Shown: piece by piece, positions 9,422 through 19,343 of the stretch | How the letters are laid out: each line of letters begins with the position of its first letter | Position numbering within the stretch: position 1 is the first letter of the stretch | Assembly: GCA_028688415.1 (NCBI GenBank) | Contig: JAQTYF010000001.1 | Span: 716,020 to 780,019 of the forward strand | Source of the DNA: Candidatus Moraniibacteriota bacterium | GTDB taxonomy: Bacteria > Patescibacteriota > Minisyncoccia > Moranbacterales > UBA1568 | Direction: 5' to 3' | DNA: 64,000 nt | The notes under the pieces: model-generated | Told to the model about the DNA's origin: nothing | The model's database searches: none | The model's input: the letters and a program-made list of their open reading frames with translations, nothing else | Position numbers and translations under genes: made by a program

Positions 9422-10726
9422 ATGAACGACCCGATCATTTCTGCCAATAAACTGCGCGTCATCTACAATCAAGGAGCTTCCAATGAAATGCGGGCGCTTG
9501 AAGAGACGGATGTCGCCATCTATCCTGAAGAATACGTTATTATCTACGGTCCATCTGGGTGTGGAAAGTCGACACTTTTGTATTCCCTTTCTGGATTGCA
9601 AAGCGCTACCTATGGGACCGTCTCTTTTCATGGTAAAGTCATTGCTCAAATGAGCCGAAAAGAAGACCTCGCATTGCACCAAACAGGTATCGGAATGATT
9701 TTTCAAGCTTTCTATCTCATCGGATCACTCGATATTCTTGATAATGTGTGTCTTCCCAAGGTGTTCCGCGGTACCGATCCCGAAGAAAGAAGGAAGGAAG
9801 GGTTTCAGCTTCTGCGTCGTTTTGGTATTGCCGAACAGGCAGACAAATTTCCAGGGCAACTCTCTGGTGGACAAAAACAACGCGTTGCTATTGCACGATC
9901 ACTCATCAATAACCCTGAAATTATTTTTGCCGATGAACCGGTTGGAAACCTCGATAGTGCCAGTTCCGAGAACGTGCTCCAAATCCTCAAGGAACTCAAT
10001 GAGATCGACAAAAAAACTATCGTGCTCGTCACACATAATCCAGAACACCTCGTCTATGCGGATCGTGTTATTTTCATGAAAGATGGTCGTATTGTCAAAG
10101 AAGAAATACACAAAGAAAAACGACCGATCAAGATTGAGAAAAAGGAGGAAGAAGAACAGGCCTTGGAATCTATGGAACTCAAGATTTTGATGGCGTCCTT
10201 CAAAAACCTCCTTCCACAACAAATTGATATCCTTTTGGTTCCTTTCAAAGCAAAACAACTTATCACTCATCTCCTTTCCCAATTAAGCGAAGAACAGGTT
10301 TCAACTGCCGAAGCCTTCCTCAAAGAACTCCTCTTCAAAAATATCGATATTTCACGATTTTCAGAACAACTCGATCTCCCTCTCGAAGCAGGTGGGGCTG
10401 GTTGGAACAAAATGCGGGCTCGATCATTCTCTGAAGACGTCATTACTATTCTCAATCAGGTAGAAAAATTGAAGAAAGATCCAGAAGAAGGATCTGCTTC
10501 TTTCCTGGAATATCTCATTGATCGTTTTCATCTCTCTCTCGCGCCAACCCAAAAAACACAATTTCAGAAACTTATCAATCTTCGTATTGCGAGCAAGGTT
10601 GGACAAACAGGACTTCAAAAAAATCTTGATGAAAAAATTACTGCCGGAGGTATCGGTCTCAACAAAATCACGGCCGAAAAAGTTGTTCGCGAAATAGAAA
10701 TTATTATGCTTCTCAAATATTCTTAA
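9422..10726 (+). CDS. ABC transporter ATP-binding protein (MacB/LolD-like) with a ~200-aa C-terminal extension
   Basis: GPSGCGKSTLL Walker A, LSGGQKQRVAIARSL signature, IIFADEPVGNLD Walker B. The C-terminal extension is conserved in the paralog at 36438..37760. Confidence 0.85.
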   Translation: MNDPIISANKLRVIYNQGASNEMRALEETDVAIYPEEYVIIYGPSGCGKSTLLYSLSGLQSATYGTVSFHGKVIAQMSRKEDLALHQTGIGMIFQAFYLIGSLDILDNVCLPKVFRGTDPEERRKEGFQLLRRFGIAEQADKFPGQLSGGQKQRVAIARSLINNPEIIFADEPVGNLDSASSENVLQILKELNEIDKKTIVLVTHNPEHLVYADRVIFMKDGRIVKEEIHKEKRPIKIEKKEEEEQALESMELKILMASFKNLLPQQIDILLVPFKAKQLITHLLSQLSEEQVSTAEAFLKELLFKNIDISRFSEQLDLPLEAGGAGWNKMRARSFSEDVITILNQVEKLKKDPEEGSASFLEYLIDRFHLSLAPTQKTQFQKLINLRIASKVGQTGLQKNLDEKITAGGIGLNKITAEKVVREIEIIMLLKYS

Positions 10727-10730
10727 ATCT

Positions 10731-11927
10731 ATGCGTTTTTTCGATCTCCTCAAATTGTCTCTTCGTATGTTCAAGGCTCGCACGATGCGAACACTGTTGA
10801 CGATTCTCGGTATGAGTGTCGGTATTTCAGCTATTATTTTTCTTGTATCTTTCGGGTATGGATTACAGCTGACACTTCTCGAAAAAATTACAACATCTGA
10901 TGCTCTCGTCACGCTCGACGTGACACTTGGTGATACGAAAGATGATCGTAGTCTCGATGAAACAGCTATTAGTGAGCTTCGAACAATCCCTACAATAAGC
11001 GATATCATCCCTGTTCTCGAACTTCCTGGACAAGGGAAATTCGAGGACTTCACGCTCGACGTAGACACAATAAGTTCTTCTGCATCACTTTTCAAAAATG
11101 AGGGATTAAAGCTCGAGGAAGGAAAATTTTTTACAGAAACTGAATCAGAGAATGTAGTGATCACATCGGCAGTCGTGCGTATTTTCGATATCACTCCAAA
11201 AGAAATGATTGGCAAAACAGTTTCACTTACTTTGTTTCAGAGTAATACATCTGGTCAGACTGACGCACAGGCATCGTATGAACCCGATGTACTTTATACC
11301 GTCGTTGGTGTTATTGCTGGCGAAGAAAACATTATTTATCTCCCACTCAATTCGCTATCAGACTTTGCTATCGAAGGGTATACAAAATTGAAAGTGAAAT
11401 GTGCTTCAACAAATGTCTTGAATCAAACTCGTAGCGAGGTAGAATCCAAAGGTTTTGCTGCTTCTTCTATTTCTGAAACCATCGACCAGGCCAACAAAGT
11501 ATTCAGCATCGTACAAATTATCCTTATGGTTTTCGGAATGATTGCCCTCATCGTTTCCGCTATCGGTATGTTCAACACGATGACTATTGCCCTCCTCGAA
11601 CGTACCGAGGAAATCGGAATTATGAAAGCTATCGGTGCTTCACGAGGAAGTATTTCTATGATGTTTATTATGGAATCTACTCTCATGGGATTTCTTGGTG
11701 CCCTCGGAGGAGTCATTCTCGGATACGTCGGGGGCAAAATACTCAATGTGCTCATCAATCTCATTGCCAATCGTTTTGGAGGTGAGTCTGTCAGCCTCTT
11801 CTACAATCCTGCCTGGTTCATCCTCACTGTTATAGGTTTCGGTGCATTCATTGGTTTTCTCACGGGTCTCTTCCCAGCTCGCAAGGCTTCTTCTATCGAT
11901 ACTTTGGAAGCATTACGTTACAAATAA
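10731..11927 (+). CDS. ABC transporter permease, FtsX/MacB-like with a large extracytoplasmic domain
   Basis: N-terminal TM, ~250-aa periplasmic-type domain, and three C-terminal TM helices with the FtsX-like motif (MKAIGASRGSI). Paralog of 35223..36422. Confidence 0.8.
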   Translation: MRFFDLLKLSLRMFKARTMRTLLTILGMSVGISAIIFLVSFGYGLQLTLLEKITTSDALVTLDVTLGDTKDDRSLDETAISELRTIPTISDIIPVLELPGQGKFEDFTLDVDTISSSASLFKNEGLKLEEGKFFTETESENVVITSAVVRIFDITPKEMIGKTVSLTLFQSNTSGQTDAQASYEPDVLYTVVGVIAGEENIIYLPLNSLSDFAIEGYTKLKVKCASTNVLNQTRSEVESKGFAASSISETIDQANKVFSIVQIILMVFGMIALIVSAIGMFNTMTIALLERTEEIGIMKAIGASRGSISMMFIMESTLMGFLGALGGVILGYVGGKILNVLINLIANRFGGESVSLFYNPAWFILTVIGFGAFIGFLTGLFPARKASSIDTLEALRYK

Positions 11928-11949
11928 AATAAGCATTCAGGAATGAATG

Positions 11950-13728
11950 TTATTCGTATGTGGATCGAAGCGCGTTGATAATAACGAGCACGTCTATCGC
12001 TTCCTGAATGAGAGCTCCGGAAAGTGGCGTGATCATGCCGAGAGAAGCTCCTATCATACCAAGTGATGACAAGCCGATACCGATAAGAATACTCTGCAAA
12101 GCCACATGGTATGATCGCCGACCAATATGTATGGCATCACGAATAAGAAAAGCATTGTGTCCAAAAATAGCGACGTCAGCAGCTTCTATTGAGGCACTAT
12201 TTTCTGATCCAGAGAATACGATACCGACATCTGCAAGAGCGAGAGCCGGGGCATCGTTCATTCCATCTCCTACCATACCGACAAGGTGTCCTTCTTTCTG
12301 ATACCGCTGTATCAAGGCTGTTTTATTCTCTGGACGACACCGTGCGTATATCGGCAATTGGAATTGGCCAAAAAGACGCTCAGCATTCTCTTTCTTGTCC
12401 CCCGTCAATATACCGAGCGTATAATTATGTTTTCTCAAATATTCAAATGTCTGAGACACCTCTGCTTTGAGCTCATCATCAAAAAAGAATCGTGCCAGAA
12501 GAATGTCTTCTTTCATCAAATCAACGACAATACCGCTATTTTCCGAATGCTGAACAGACTGCACCATACTGTATTGCTGTCCACCAATATTTCCAAATAT
12601 TCCTTCTCCAATTTTCTCCTCTACCTGTTCCGCTACAATATGTTCTCCTTCTGACAGGTGATACTCTCGAATAATAGCTTTGGCAATAGGATGAAAGGAG
12701 TGTTGTTCGAGAGCAGAAGCAAGTGCGAGAGCTTTTTCTTGAGAAATTGATTTATCAAAAAGTACAATTTTTTTCAGTTGAGGAATACCAAGTGTCAACG
12801 TCCCTGTTTTATCAAAGAAAAACATCTTTGTTTTGGCAAGCAACTCAAGCACGAGTGGACTCTTGATAATAATATTTTTTCTTGCTGCTTTATTGAGCCC
12901 ACCGATGAAACTGATCGGTGCCGCAATGAGGAGTGGACACGGTGTTGCAATGACAAGCACAGCAAGAAACCGTTCCCAATCACCTGAAAAGGCAAGAGCT
13001 CCAAAGGCGAGAGCAAGAGCAAAAAAAGTAAAATAAATATTGTATTGTTCTGCAAGACGAGCTATCGGTGCTGGATGCACCTTCCCTTCTTCTACGAGAG
13101 ACAGTATTTTTCTATAACTCGAATGTTCAAAATCTGAGAGCACCTGGAGATTGATCGACGTACCGACATTGACCGTACCACTTTTGAGAACAGCCATCTC
13201 GACATACACAACTGGTTCCATTTCTCCAGTGATATTTGCTTCATTGAGTAATGCTTTCTCTGAGAGCAGACGTCCATCAAAAGCCAGCATCTCGTTGGGA
13301 CGAATAGAGAGAATATCTCCTTTGTGTACATCCTGCAAAGAAACTTCTTCTGTACCTCCAGAAACGACACGGAGTGCGACCTTTGGAATGTTTTCAAAAA
13401 GTCCACGGAGCGTTTTTTCTGCTTTACGAGAGCCATAATTCTCAAGAGCAGTGCTCATCACCACCATCAGAGAAACGACCGCTCCTGCCAAAAATTGACT
13501 CAAGACAAAGGCAGTACCGAGTGCGAGAAATGCGAGATAATCGAGATTCCATCGCCCCCTCCTCACACGTCTATATGATTCCATGAGAAGTTCGGACAAT
13601 CCAATGAGAATAGCTATTCCATATATGAAATCTCGTTTCGTAAAAAGAGCAATGAGAATACAGCAAAAGATAAAAAAAGGTAATCGAAATTCTTTCTTCC
13701 CTAAGAGAAATGCGATACTTCGATACAT
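11950..13728 (-). CDS. P-type cation-transporting ATPase (P1B-like core without an N-terminal metal-binding domain)
   Basis: FFDKTGTLT phosphorylation motif, SFHPIAKAI (HP motif), GDGMNDAPALALADVGI hinge, TPCP in the TM region. Confidence 0.8.
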   Translation of the reverse strand: MYRSIAFLLGKKEFRLPFFIFCCILIALFTKRDFIYGIAILIGLSELLMESYRRVRRGRWNLDYLAFLALGTAFVLSQFLAGAVVSLMVVMSTALENYGSRKAEKTLRGLFENIPKVALRVVSGGTEEVSLQDVHKGDILSIRPNEMLAFDGRLLSEKALLNEANITGEMEPVVYVEMAVLKSGTVNVGTSINLQVLSDFEHSSYRKILSLVEEGKVHPAPIARLAEQYNIYFTFFALALAFGALAFSGDWERFLAVLVIATPCPLLIAAPISFIGGLNKAARKNIIIKSPLVLELLAKTKMFFFDKTGTLTLGIPQLKKIVLFDKSISQEKALALASALEQHSFHPIAKAIIREYHLSEGEHIVAEQVEEKIGEGIFGNIGGQQYSMVQSVQHSENSGIVVDLMKEDILLARFFFDDELKAEVSQTFEYLRKHNYTLGILTGDKKENAERLFGQFQLPIYARCRPENKTALIQRYQKEGHLVGMVGDGMNDAPALALADVGIVFSGSENSASIEAADVAIFGHNAFLIRDAIHIGRRSYHVALQSILIGIGLSSLGMIGASLGMITPLSGALIQEAIDVLVIINALRSTYE

Positions 13729-13752
13729 ATTTCTTGTGGTGATAAAAATGTT

Positions 13753-15198
13753 TTATATTTTTTTTCTTGGATCTTGTGCCAAGGACTGTTCATACTTTTT
13801 TATGAGAGATTCATCAGTATGCAAACGTGTTTCAAGCGAAGCAATTTCTTTCTCTTCTCGCACGACCTGACGTAATACCCAAAAAAGAATCGATCCAAAA
13901 ATACCGAAAAGGAGAAGTCCGATACCGATCAAATAGAGTACTGAATCACCTAAAGCACGGATCTTTTCTTGAAAAACATCCAATCCAGTATCGACTGATG
14001 TTCCTCCTTTTTTCCATTCACGACACTGATTTGCATATCTCTCAAAACTTTTTTTCTGCACAAAGAGAGGATTGCTTCCCTCAAGAGATTGATTCAAAGA
14101 TGTCATTGCTTTATCGCATTGTCTCAAAGAAAAAGCACGAAAACCCTCTCGAAAATACTTGCTATACGCTCCTTGGACAGGGGTAATACCTGTCTGTACC
14201 ACCAGATTTTTCATCATTTCGATCGGTAATGCAAAAGCGAAATTGTCTCCCTGTTCCCGATCGAGTGCATCCGTCTGAAGTGTCACTATGCCCGTTACCA
14301 GTCCTTCTTCATCAAACAACGGGCCTCCGCTCGATCCTTCAGACACCTTGGCATCTGTTTGGAATAATCGGAAACTTTTATCTCCTGACTGTTTGAGCGC
14401 GCTCACAACACCTTGAGTAAATGTCGCTTCCAGAGCACTATTTTGATTGAGTTCTGCTGTCGCTGGAAAACCCAAGATAAAGGCTTTTTTTCCAACGGCG
14501 AGAGAGGCACTTTCTCCGAGACTCAATGCTGGGAGGCGAGACTCATTGATTTTAATGAGTGCTACGTCTTGTTCATCATTCACAAAATTATCATTCACTG
14601 AAACGATACTCGCAGGAAAACCTTGTGAAAAAAGAGCGGTCAAAGATTTTTCTGATGAATCTGGTCGCAATACGACACGCTCCACCGTGAGGTCAAACTG
14701 ACTGTTATCTATCACGAACTGAAGCACTTTTTGACTGAAGTTATTTTCTGATTCAGAATTGAGAAATGTCTCCATATCAGCATCGCTCAAGAAAAGAGCA
14801 TTTTCATACAAAACAGACATTGCTCTTTCTGATGCCAGTATCTGCTTGAGGGTTTCTTCTGAAACGACATGTGCATTGGTCGCGATATATCCATCTGGAT
14901 GAATGATAAATCCGCTCCCTACAAGGTATTCGTCAATTGTTACTTTACTGTATTTATCCGGTATGATTGCAACGGTGTTTTTTACAATATCTACTTTGAT
15001 AAAAGGTATCTGAGCACTTCCAGTTGTATGACTCACGATACGTACGATTGACGGCTTGACCAAGTCAACCAATGCCTCTTCAGGAAGTAATTCTTTGGCT
15101 TCCATTGATTGAGGAAGAGAGAAAAAGGTAAACAACAAGAAACCAGACAACAAAAAGGAATGAAACAATAAGGAAGCTGGTACGGGCATAAAATCCAA
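13753..15198 (-). CDS. Secreted trypsin-like serine protease (S1C/HtrA-like protease domain) with a C-terminal TM anchor and coiled coil
   Basis: Catalytic triad context: ATNAHVV (His), DVALIKI (Asp), GSSGGPLFD (Ser). N-terminal signal peptide. No clear PDZ domain. Confidence 0.8.
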   Translation of the reverse strand: MDFMPVPASLLFHSFLLSGFLLFTFFSLPQSMEAKELLPEEALVDLVKPSIVRIVSHTTGSAQIPFIKVDIVKNTVAIIPDKYSKVTIDEYLVGSGFIIHPDGYIATNAHVVSEETLKQILASERAMSVLYENALFLSDADMETFLNSESENNFSQKVLQFVIDNSQFDLTVERVVLRPDSSEKSLTALFSQGFPASIVSVNDNFVNDEQDVALIKINESRLPALSLGESASLAVGKKAFILGFPATAELNQNSALEATFTQGVVSALKQSGDKSFRLFQTDAKVSEGSSGGPLFDEEGLVTGIVTLQTDALDREQGDNFAFALPIEMMKNLVVQTGITPVQGAYSKYFREGFRAFSLRQCDKAMTSLNQSLEGSNPLFVQKKSFERYANQCREWKKGGTSVDTGLDVFQEKIRALGDSVLYLIGIGLLLFGIFGSILFWVLRQVVREEKEIASLETRLHTDESLIKKYEQSLAQDPRKKI

Positions 15199-15214
15199 AT
15201 AACGCTCTTGTATA

Positions 15215-15946
15215 TTATTTTTCCACCACTGTCATCGTTTCGATAACAACAGGTGTCACAGGTGATGAACCCTCACCTTCTTTGCGTGTCGGAGCGCCTG
15301 CGATAATGTCGACAGTCTCGAGACCGGTGGTCACCTTCCCAAAAATGACATAATTCTTCGGAAGTGGGGTATCTTTGTGCATGATGAAGAATTGACTGCC
15401 ATTGGTATTGGATCCAGAATTGGCCATAGCTATCGTGCCTCGAGTGTACTCACCCGAGAATGATTCATCGGCAAACTTGTACCCAGGACCACCCATACCC
15501 GTCCCTGTCGGATCACCTCCCTGAATCATAAAATCTTTGATTGTGCGATGAAAAATCGTCCCATCATAGAATTTTTCTCGTGCCAAAAATACAAAATTAT
15601 TGACGGTTATCGGTGTAGCCTCCGCATCAAGTTCGACTTCGATCATACCGACACTTGTTTTCAGAGTAGCGGTATATTTCTTTGTGACATCAATAGTCAT
15701 CGATGGTTGTGTCGTATACATTTTTTTCTGTGTTAACGTATTAGTTGGTGATTGAACGGGTGGGGTTTCTTTGGGCTTCTTCTGAGCTGGAGCCTCTTGT
15801 GGAGGGACTGATTCTTTTGTTGTCTTTTCAGTATCAAATACGAGTCCACTTTCACCTGATTTTTCTCTCCGTATTTCCTCCGTCGTGCAACCCGAAAGAG
15901 AAAAAGCTCCTAAAAAAATAAATACGAAAAAAAAGAGGAGTTTCAT
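15215..15946 (-). CDS. Cyclophilin-type peptidyl-prolyl cis-trans isomerase, lipoprotein
   Basis: FHRTIKDFMIQGGDPTGTGMGGPGYKFADE. Lipobox LSGC after the signal peptide. Confidence 0.85.
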   Translation of the reverse strand: MKLLFFFVFIFLGAFSLSGCTTEEIRREKSGESGLVFDTEKTTKESVPPQEAPAQKKPKETPPVQSPTNTLTQKKMYTTQPSMTIDVTKKYTATLKTSVGMIEVELDAEATPITVNNFVFLAREKFYDGTIFHRTIKDFMIQGGDPTGTGMGGPGYKFADESFSGEYTRGTIAMANSGSNTNGSQFFIMHKDTPLPKNYVIFGKVTTGLETVDIIAGAPTRKEGEGSSPVTPVVIETMTVVEK

Positions 15947-16087
15947 TTTTTTTATTCTTACTTCTTATATACGCTTCGGATATACTCTTACATTTCCTTC
16001 TTATTATACCCGAAAAATCAAAATCACCCAAACCTCAGAAAGAAAAAATATTTTGTCTTTCTCTGGAAAATATTTCCCGATGAGATG

Positions 16088-16116
16088 TTGACTTTTGAGA
16101 AAAAAGGTGCTATACT
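16088..16116 (+). promoter_or_regulatory. Near-consensus sigma70-type promoter (TTGACT-17 bp-TATACT)
   Basis: TTGACT at 16088-16093, a 17-nt spacer, TATACT at 16111-16116. Confidence 0.45.
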
Positions 16117-16135
16117 GTATATGTTGAGATATGAA

Positions 16136-16175
16136 AAGCGGGTGAAGACTTCAAATGTCTACGCCCGTTTTTTCT
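16136..16175 (+). terminator. Hairpin plus U-run about 20-50 nt downstream of the predicted promoter (possible short sRNA terminator or attenuator)
   Basis: cgggtgaagac...gtctacgcccg stem followed by TTTTTT. Confidence 0.4.
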
Positions 16176-16275
16176 TTCTTAATGCGTTAAAAAACCTAAA
16201 GGTCGAGTAGGGTTATAAATAAAAATAAAAAAACGCAACAATTATTTCTAAAAAATAAATAGTAACAATAATATT

Positions 16276-16443
16276 ATGGAAACACCTATGGAAACAACAG
16301 ACACCTGTTCTACAAATGGATGTCCCAATTGTACCAAAGTTGCAGAAGAATCAAAGCAGAACGAAGAAATGAGCCTTGCTTTCTTACTCGCTCTCGTTCC
16401 TGTCATCAGCCTTACCTTCTTTGGTCAAATGGGTCTCTTGTAA
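16276..16443 (+). CDS. Small ORF (55 aa) with a C-x4-C-x2-C motif and a C-terminal TM helix
   Basis: METPMETTDTCSTNGCPNCTKVAEESKQNEEMSLAFLLALVPVISLTFFGQMGLL. Lies between a consensus promoter and a strong terminator. Below the 60-aa ORF-track cutoff. Confidence 0.3.
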   Translation: METPMETTDTCSTNGCPNCTKVAEESKQNEEMSLAFLLALVPVISLTFFGQMGLL

Positions 16444-16460
16444 AAGAACTCTTGAACCAA

Positions 16461-16506
16461 AAGAAAGACCGATTTACCAGCTGGTAAATCGGTTTTCTTT
16501 TTTCTT
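16461..16506. terminator. Bidirectional intrinsic terminator
   Basis: Perfect 13-bp palindrome accgatttaccag/ctggtaaatcggt flanked by an A-run on the left and a T-run on the right. Sits between the convergent small ORF and the 16564..19317 gene. Confidence 0.6.
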
Positions 16507-16563
16507 TACTTGTTTTGCAATAACGACAGACAGGAGGCAATCATGTCTCTTCTTTTTATTTTC

Positions 16564-19317
16564 TTAATGTTTCTGAGAAGAATTCCTTACAAAGGCTTCT
16601 ACTCGGCGTTCTTCGAGAAGCGAATGTATAATGCTCAAGACAAAAAGAATAAGAATCACACTGATCGATATACGAAAAGTGAAGAGAAGAGAAGCGGGAA
16701 TATATGAAGCGATAGCCGCATAATACTTCCGTGGTCCGACAAGTGGTCCATCTGTCAGAAGAGGTGCCTCCACCTCCAATTGAATAGATGAAGAAAAATT
16801 GATCTCTGGAGATTCGAAAGGTGAAATTCCCCAGATATCAAGCAATGCTCTACGGATATCATCACTCTGCACGTATTGGGCAAGTAGATTGACCGTGTAT
16901 GTTCCAGGAGATTCCTTGGTAATATCAAATGGCGGGAGAGAAATATCAGAACCAGAAGAAACTCCGTCCAAAAGCCACTCTTTTTGTACATTTGCTGACG
17001 ACAGAAAGTTCGGTATCATTTTCCCTCGTAGCCTGACACTGGTACCAAAATATGATTGATAAATAGATTCGCTCAAATCATCACAATAACCATCCTTACA
17101 ATACGATGCGGTGGAACCAGCAAGGTCCCTATACTTCCCGAGATATTTCTGCCACACAGCATTCTTATCAACAGATTCTATGAATATTTGTGGCTCTACA
17201 ACATTGAAAGCCCTCGTAAGCGTCACAGACTTTCCTGTTTTTATATTATTTGCCACGACAACCACTGTGTATGTATCTCCGACATTTCCTGTGACTGGAA
17301 AATAATTGATTGGTCCCTGAGATTTTTCGTTACAATCGTTAGAAACCCTTGAAGTACATGTGAGTGGGGTGCTATTAATTGTCCATTGAAAGTTGGAGAG
17401 AGTAGTATCATCAACTTTGAGTCCGATAATTTCATTTTTTATCACACGACAAATAGTTCTATCAGACGGTTCACTGTTACAGATTGATCCCGATGGATCC
17501 AAAGAAACCTGCATCTTTCCTGATGGAACGTCGAGTCTTGATATTACCCTGGACGCAGTAATTTTTTCCGAAGTGGAGAGGAATTTCACGATGACATCGC
17601 TATTGCCTTTGCGTACTCCACCACCAGCGAAATGTTCTTCTGCGTCGACTCTGAACCGTAAATATCCCGTCTCTCTCCCGTTACCAATATACGTGTTCAT
17701 TTTGGTACGGGGAATATCTAATTTAAGACTCACTGTATCGAGAGCATTACCATCGGTATTACCCAACAAACCAAGATCTCGTAAATCAGCTGTTATGTTT
17801 CTCGCTGTACCATTGGAGAAGGCGCTGGTAGCACTCCCTATGTATACCGTCCACTTGAAAAGAGTATTGGATATATTCTGTGCTGGATTTGCGATCATTG
17901 ATTGAACAGTCAAGAGATCTCCACTCTTATCATTGCCCGGATCATTGAGAGGGTCAGACGGAGAAGCTGAAACACTGACATCAAGTTTTGTCGCCTGACC
18001 TCCTTCTGTCGGATCAACGAGGTTTCTCTCGATACAATCATTGAGATTGACATCAGCCACGGGGATAGTCACATTATACCCTTTGATAGACTTCACATAT
18101 GAACCAGTGCTTTTTGCGAGAGAAAGAGGACAATCTTTCTTGGAAAAAGCCCACATAATCATCGATGAGGAATCATTATACTTTGTGGTATACATCGATG
18201 TGCCTTCGACAGCGACACCTACTTTATCTCCAGGCTCATAATTCCAAGTGAAGGATGATTGACCAAGACCAACAACATTTGCCTCATCTTTATTTTCGTT
18301 ATCCGCAGTGCTTGGATCGATAGGATTGGTCTTCCATTTTCTCTCTTCTCCGAGAGTAAAGCTCCCATCACCACTCGAATAGCCAGGGAATTTTGGGAAA
18401 AGATGTCGACAGTAGAGATCGACACTGGCATCAGAAGTAGCAGAACAGGTAGCAAGTGCTGAGCCACAAGAAGTTGTAGATGTAGGGTTAGCGACACAAC
18501 GAGGTTCACCGACACTACAAACCGGCGCACCAGCAGAACAAGCAGGGACACCAGAAACAGTACATTGACCCGTATCAGCAAAACTGAAGAGAGAGCCTGA
18601 TGAAGTGACATTTGGATCAATAGTGAGTTGTTCTGATTCAACGTTGACAAGACTTGTCATACACACAGGACTTGTGCCTCCAGGACAGTCAAAAGTAATA
18701 TTTGAAGCACTTCCTAATTCATAGTTTGTTCCTGATGAAGGGTCGTGGATATAACAGTGTGATGACATACCAAGTTTGTCATCACCTCCATAATGAGCGT
18801 CGTAGCCATCCCTATCTGTATCCACTGTCGTACTCGGACCGAGATCACTCGTATATCCATTCTGAACAATGATACGTGCAGCTTCGATCTTCCAATCCTC
18901 GACGGTCACCCTCCCATCGTTATCGAGATCACAGTCTTCATTGGATGATCCTATATTGCATCCCTTCCGCTTGAGTGTCCATGTATAATAGAGTGCTTTT
19001 TCAGTATTCGAAAAATACATTGGAAATGCTTTTGCAGTCATCTTTTCACCAGCCTTTGGATCATTCGGGGAAAAATAAAGCATTACTTCAGGAGCATATC
19101 CTTTATTTGATGAAACATTCATCATTTCTCCTTGGTCCTGGAGTGTCGATGTGTCGAGATGGTACCGTCGTTCCACATCAGACATAATACTCGAAGCAGA
19201 AGGTATGGACGGTCCCCCACCAAAAAGTGCAGAAGCAGGGGCACTATTCATCACAAAAAGTTGGAGAACAGCGAAAAGTATTAAAAATGGTTTTTGTTTT
19301 TTTTGCAAAAGTTTCAT
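16564..19317 (-). CDS. Very large Cys-rich secreted/surface protein with a C-terminal TM anchor and a DxDxDG-type calcium-binding motif
   Basis: Signal peptide MKLLQKKQKPFLILFAVLQLFVMNSAPASA at an internal Met (the ORF-track start at 19482 is probably too far upstream). Many Cys. DCDLDNDGRVTVED motif. C-terminal hydrophobic helix. Confidence 0.6.
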   Translation of the reverse strand: MKLLQKKQKPFLILFAVLQLFVMNSAPASALFGGGPSIPSASSIMSDVERRYHLDTSTLQDQGEMMNVSSNKGYAPEVMLYFSPNDPKAGEKMTAKAFPMYFSNTEKALYYTWTLKRKGCNIGSSNEDCDLDNDGRVTVEDWKIEAARIIVQNGYTSDLGPSTTVDTDRDGYDAHYGGDDKLGMSSHCYIHDPSSGTNYELGSASNITFDCPGGTSPVCMTSLVNVESEQLTIDPNVTSSGSLFSFADTGQCTVSGVPACSAGAPVCSVGEPRCVANPTSTTSCGSALATCSATSDASVDLYCRHLFPKFPGYSSGDGSFTLGEERKWKTNPIDPSTADNENKDEANVVGLGQSSFTWNYEPGDKVGVAVEGTSMYTTKYNDSSSMIMWAFSKKDCPLSLAKSTGSYVKSIKGYNVTIPVADVNLNDCIERNLVDPTEGGQATKLDVSVSASPSDPLNDPGNDKSGDLLTVQSMIANPAQNISNTLFKWTVYIGSATSAFSNGTARNITADLRDLGLLGNTDGNALDTVSLKLDIPRTKMNTYIGNGRETGYLRFRVDAEEHFAGGGVRKGNSDVIVKFLSTSEKITASRVISRLDVPSGKMQVSLDPSGSICNSEPSDRTICRVIKNEIIGLKVDDTTLSNFQWTINSTPLTCTSRVSNDCNEKSQGPINYFPVTGNVGDTYTVVVVANNIKTGKSVTLTRAFNVVEPQIFIESVDKNAVWQKYLGKYRDLAGSTASYCKDGYCDDLSESIYQSYFGTSVRLRGKMIPNFLSSANVQKEWLLDGVSSGSDISLPPFDITKESPGTYTVNLLAQYVQSDDIRRALLDIWGISPFESPEINFSSSIQLEVEAPLLTDGPLVGPRKYYAAIASYIPASLLFTFRISISVILILFVLSIIHSLLEERRVEAFVRNSSQKH

Positions 19318-19343
19318 AGAAATGCTCTTACGAACAAAAAATA

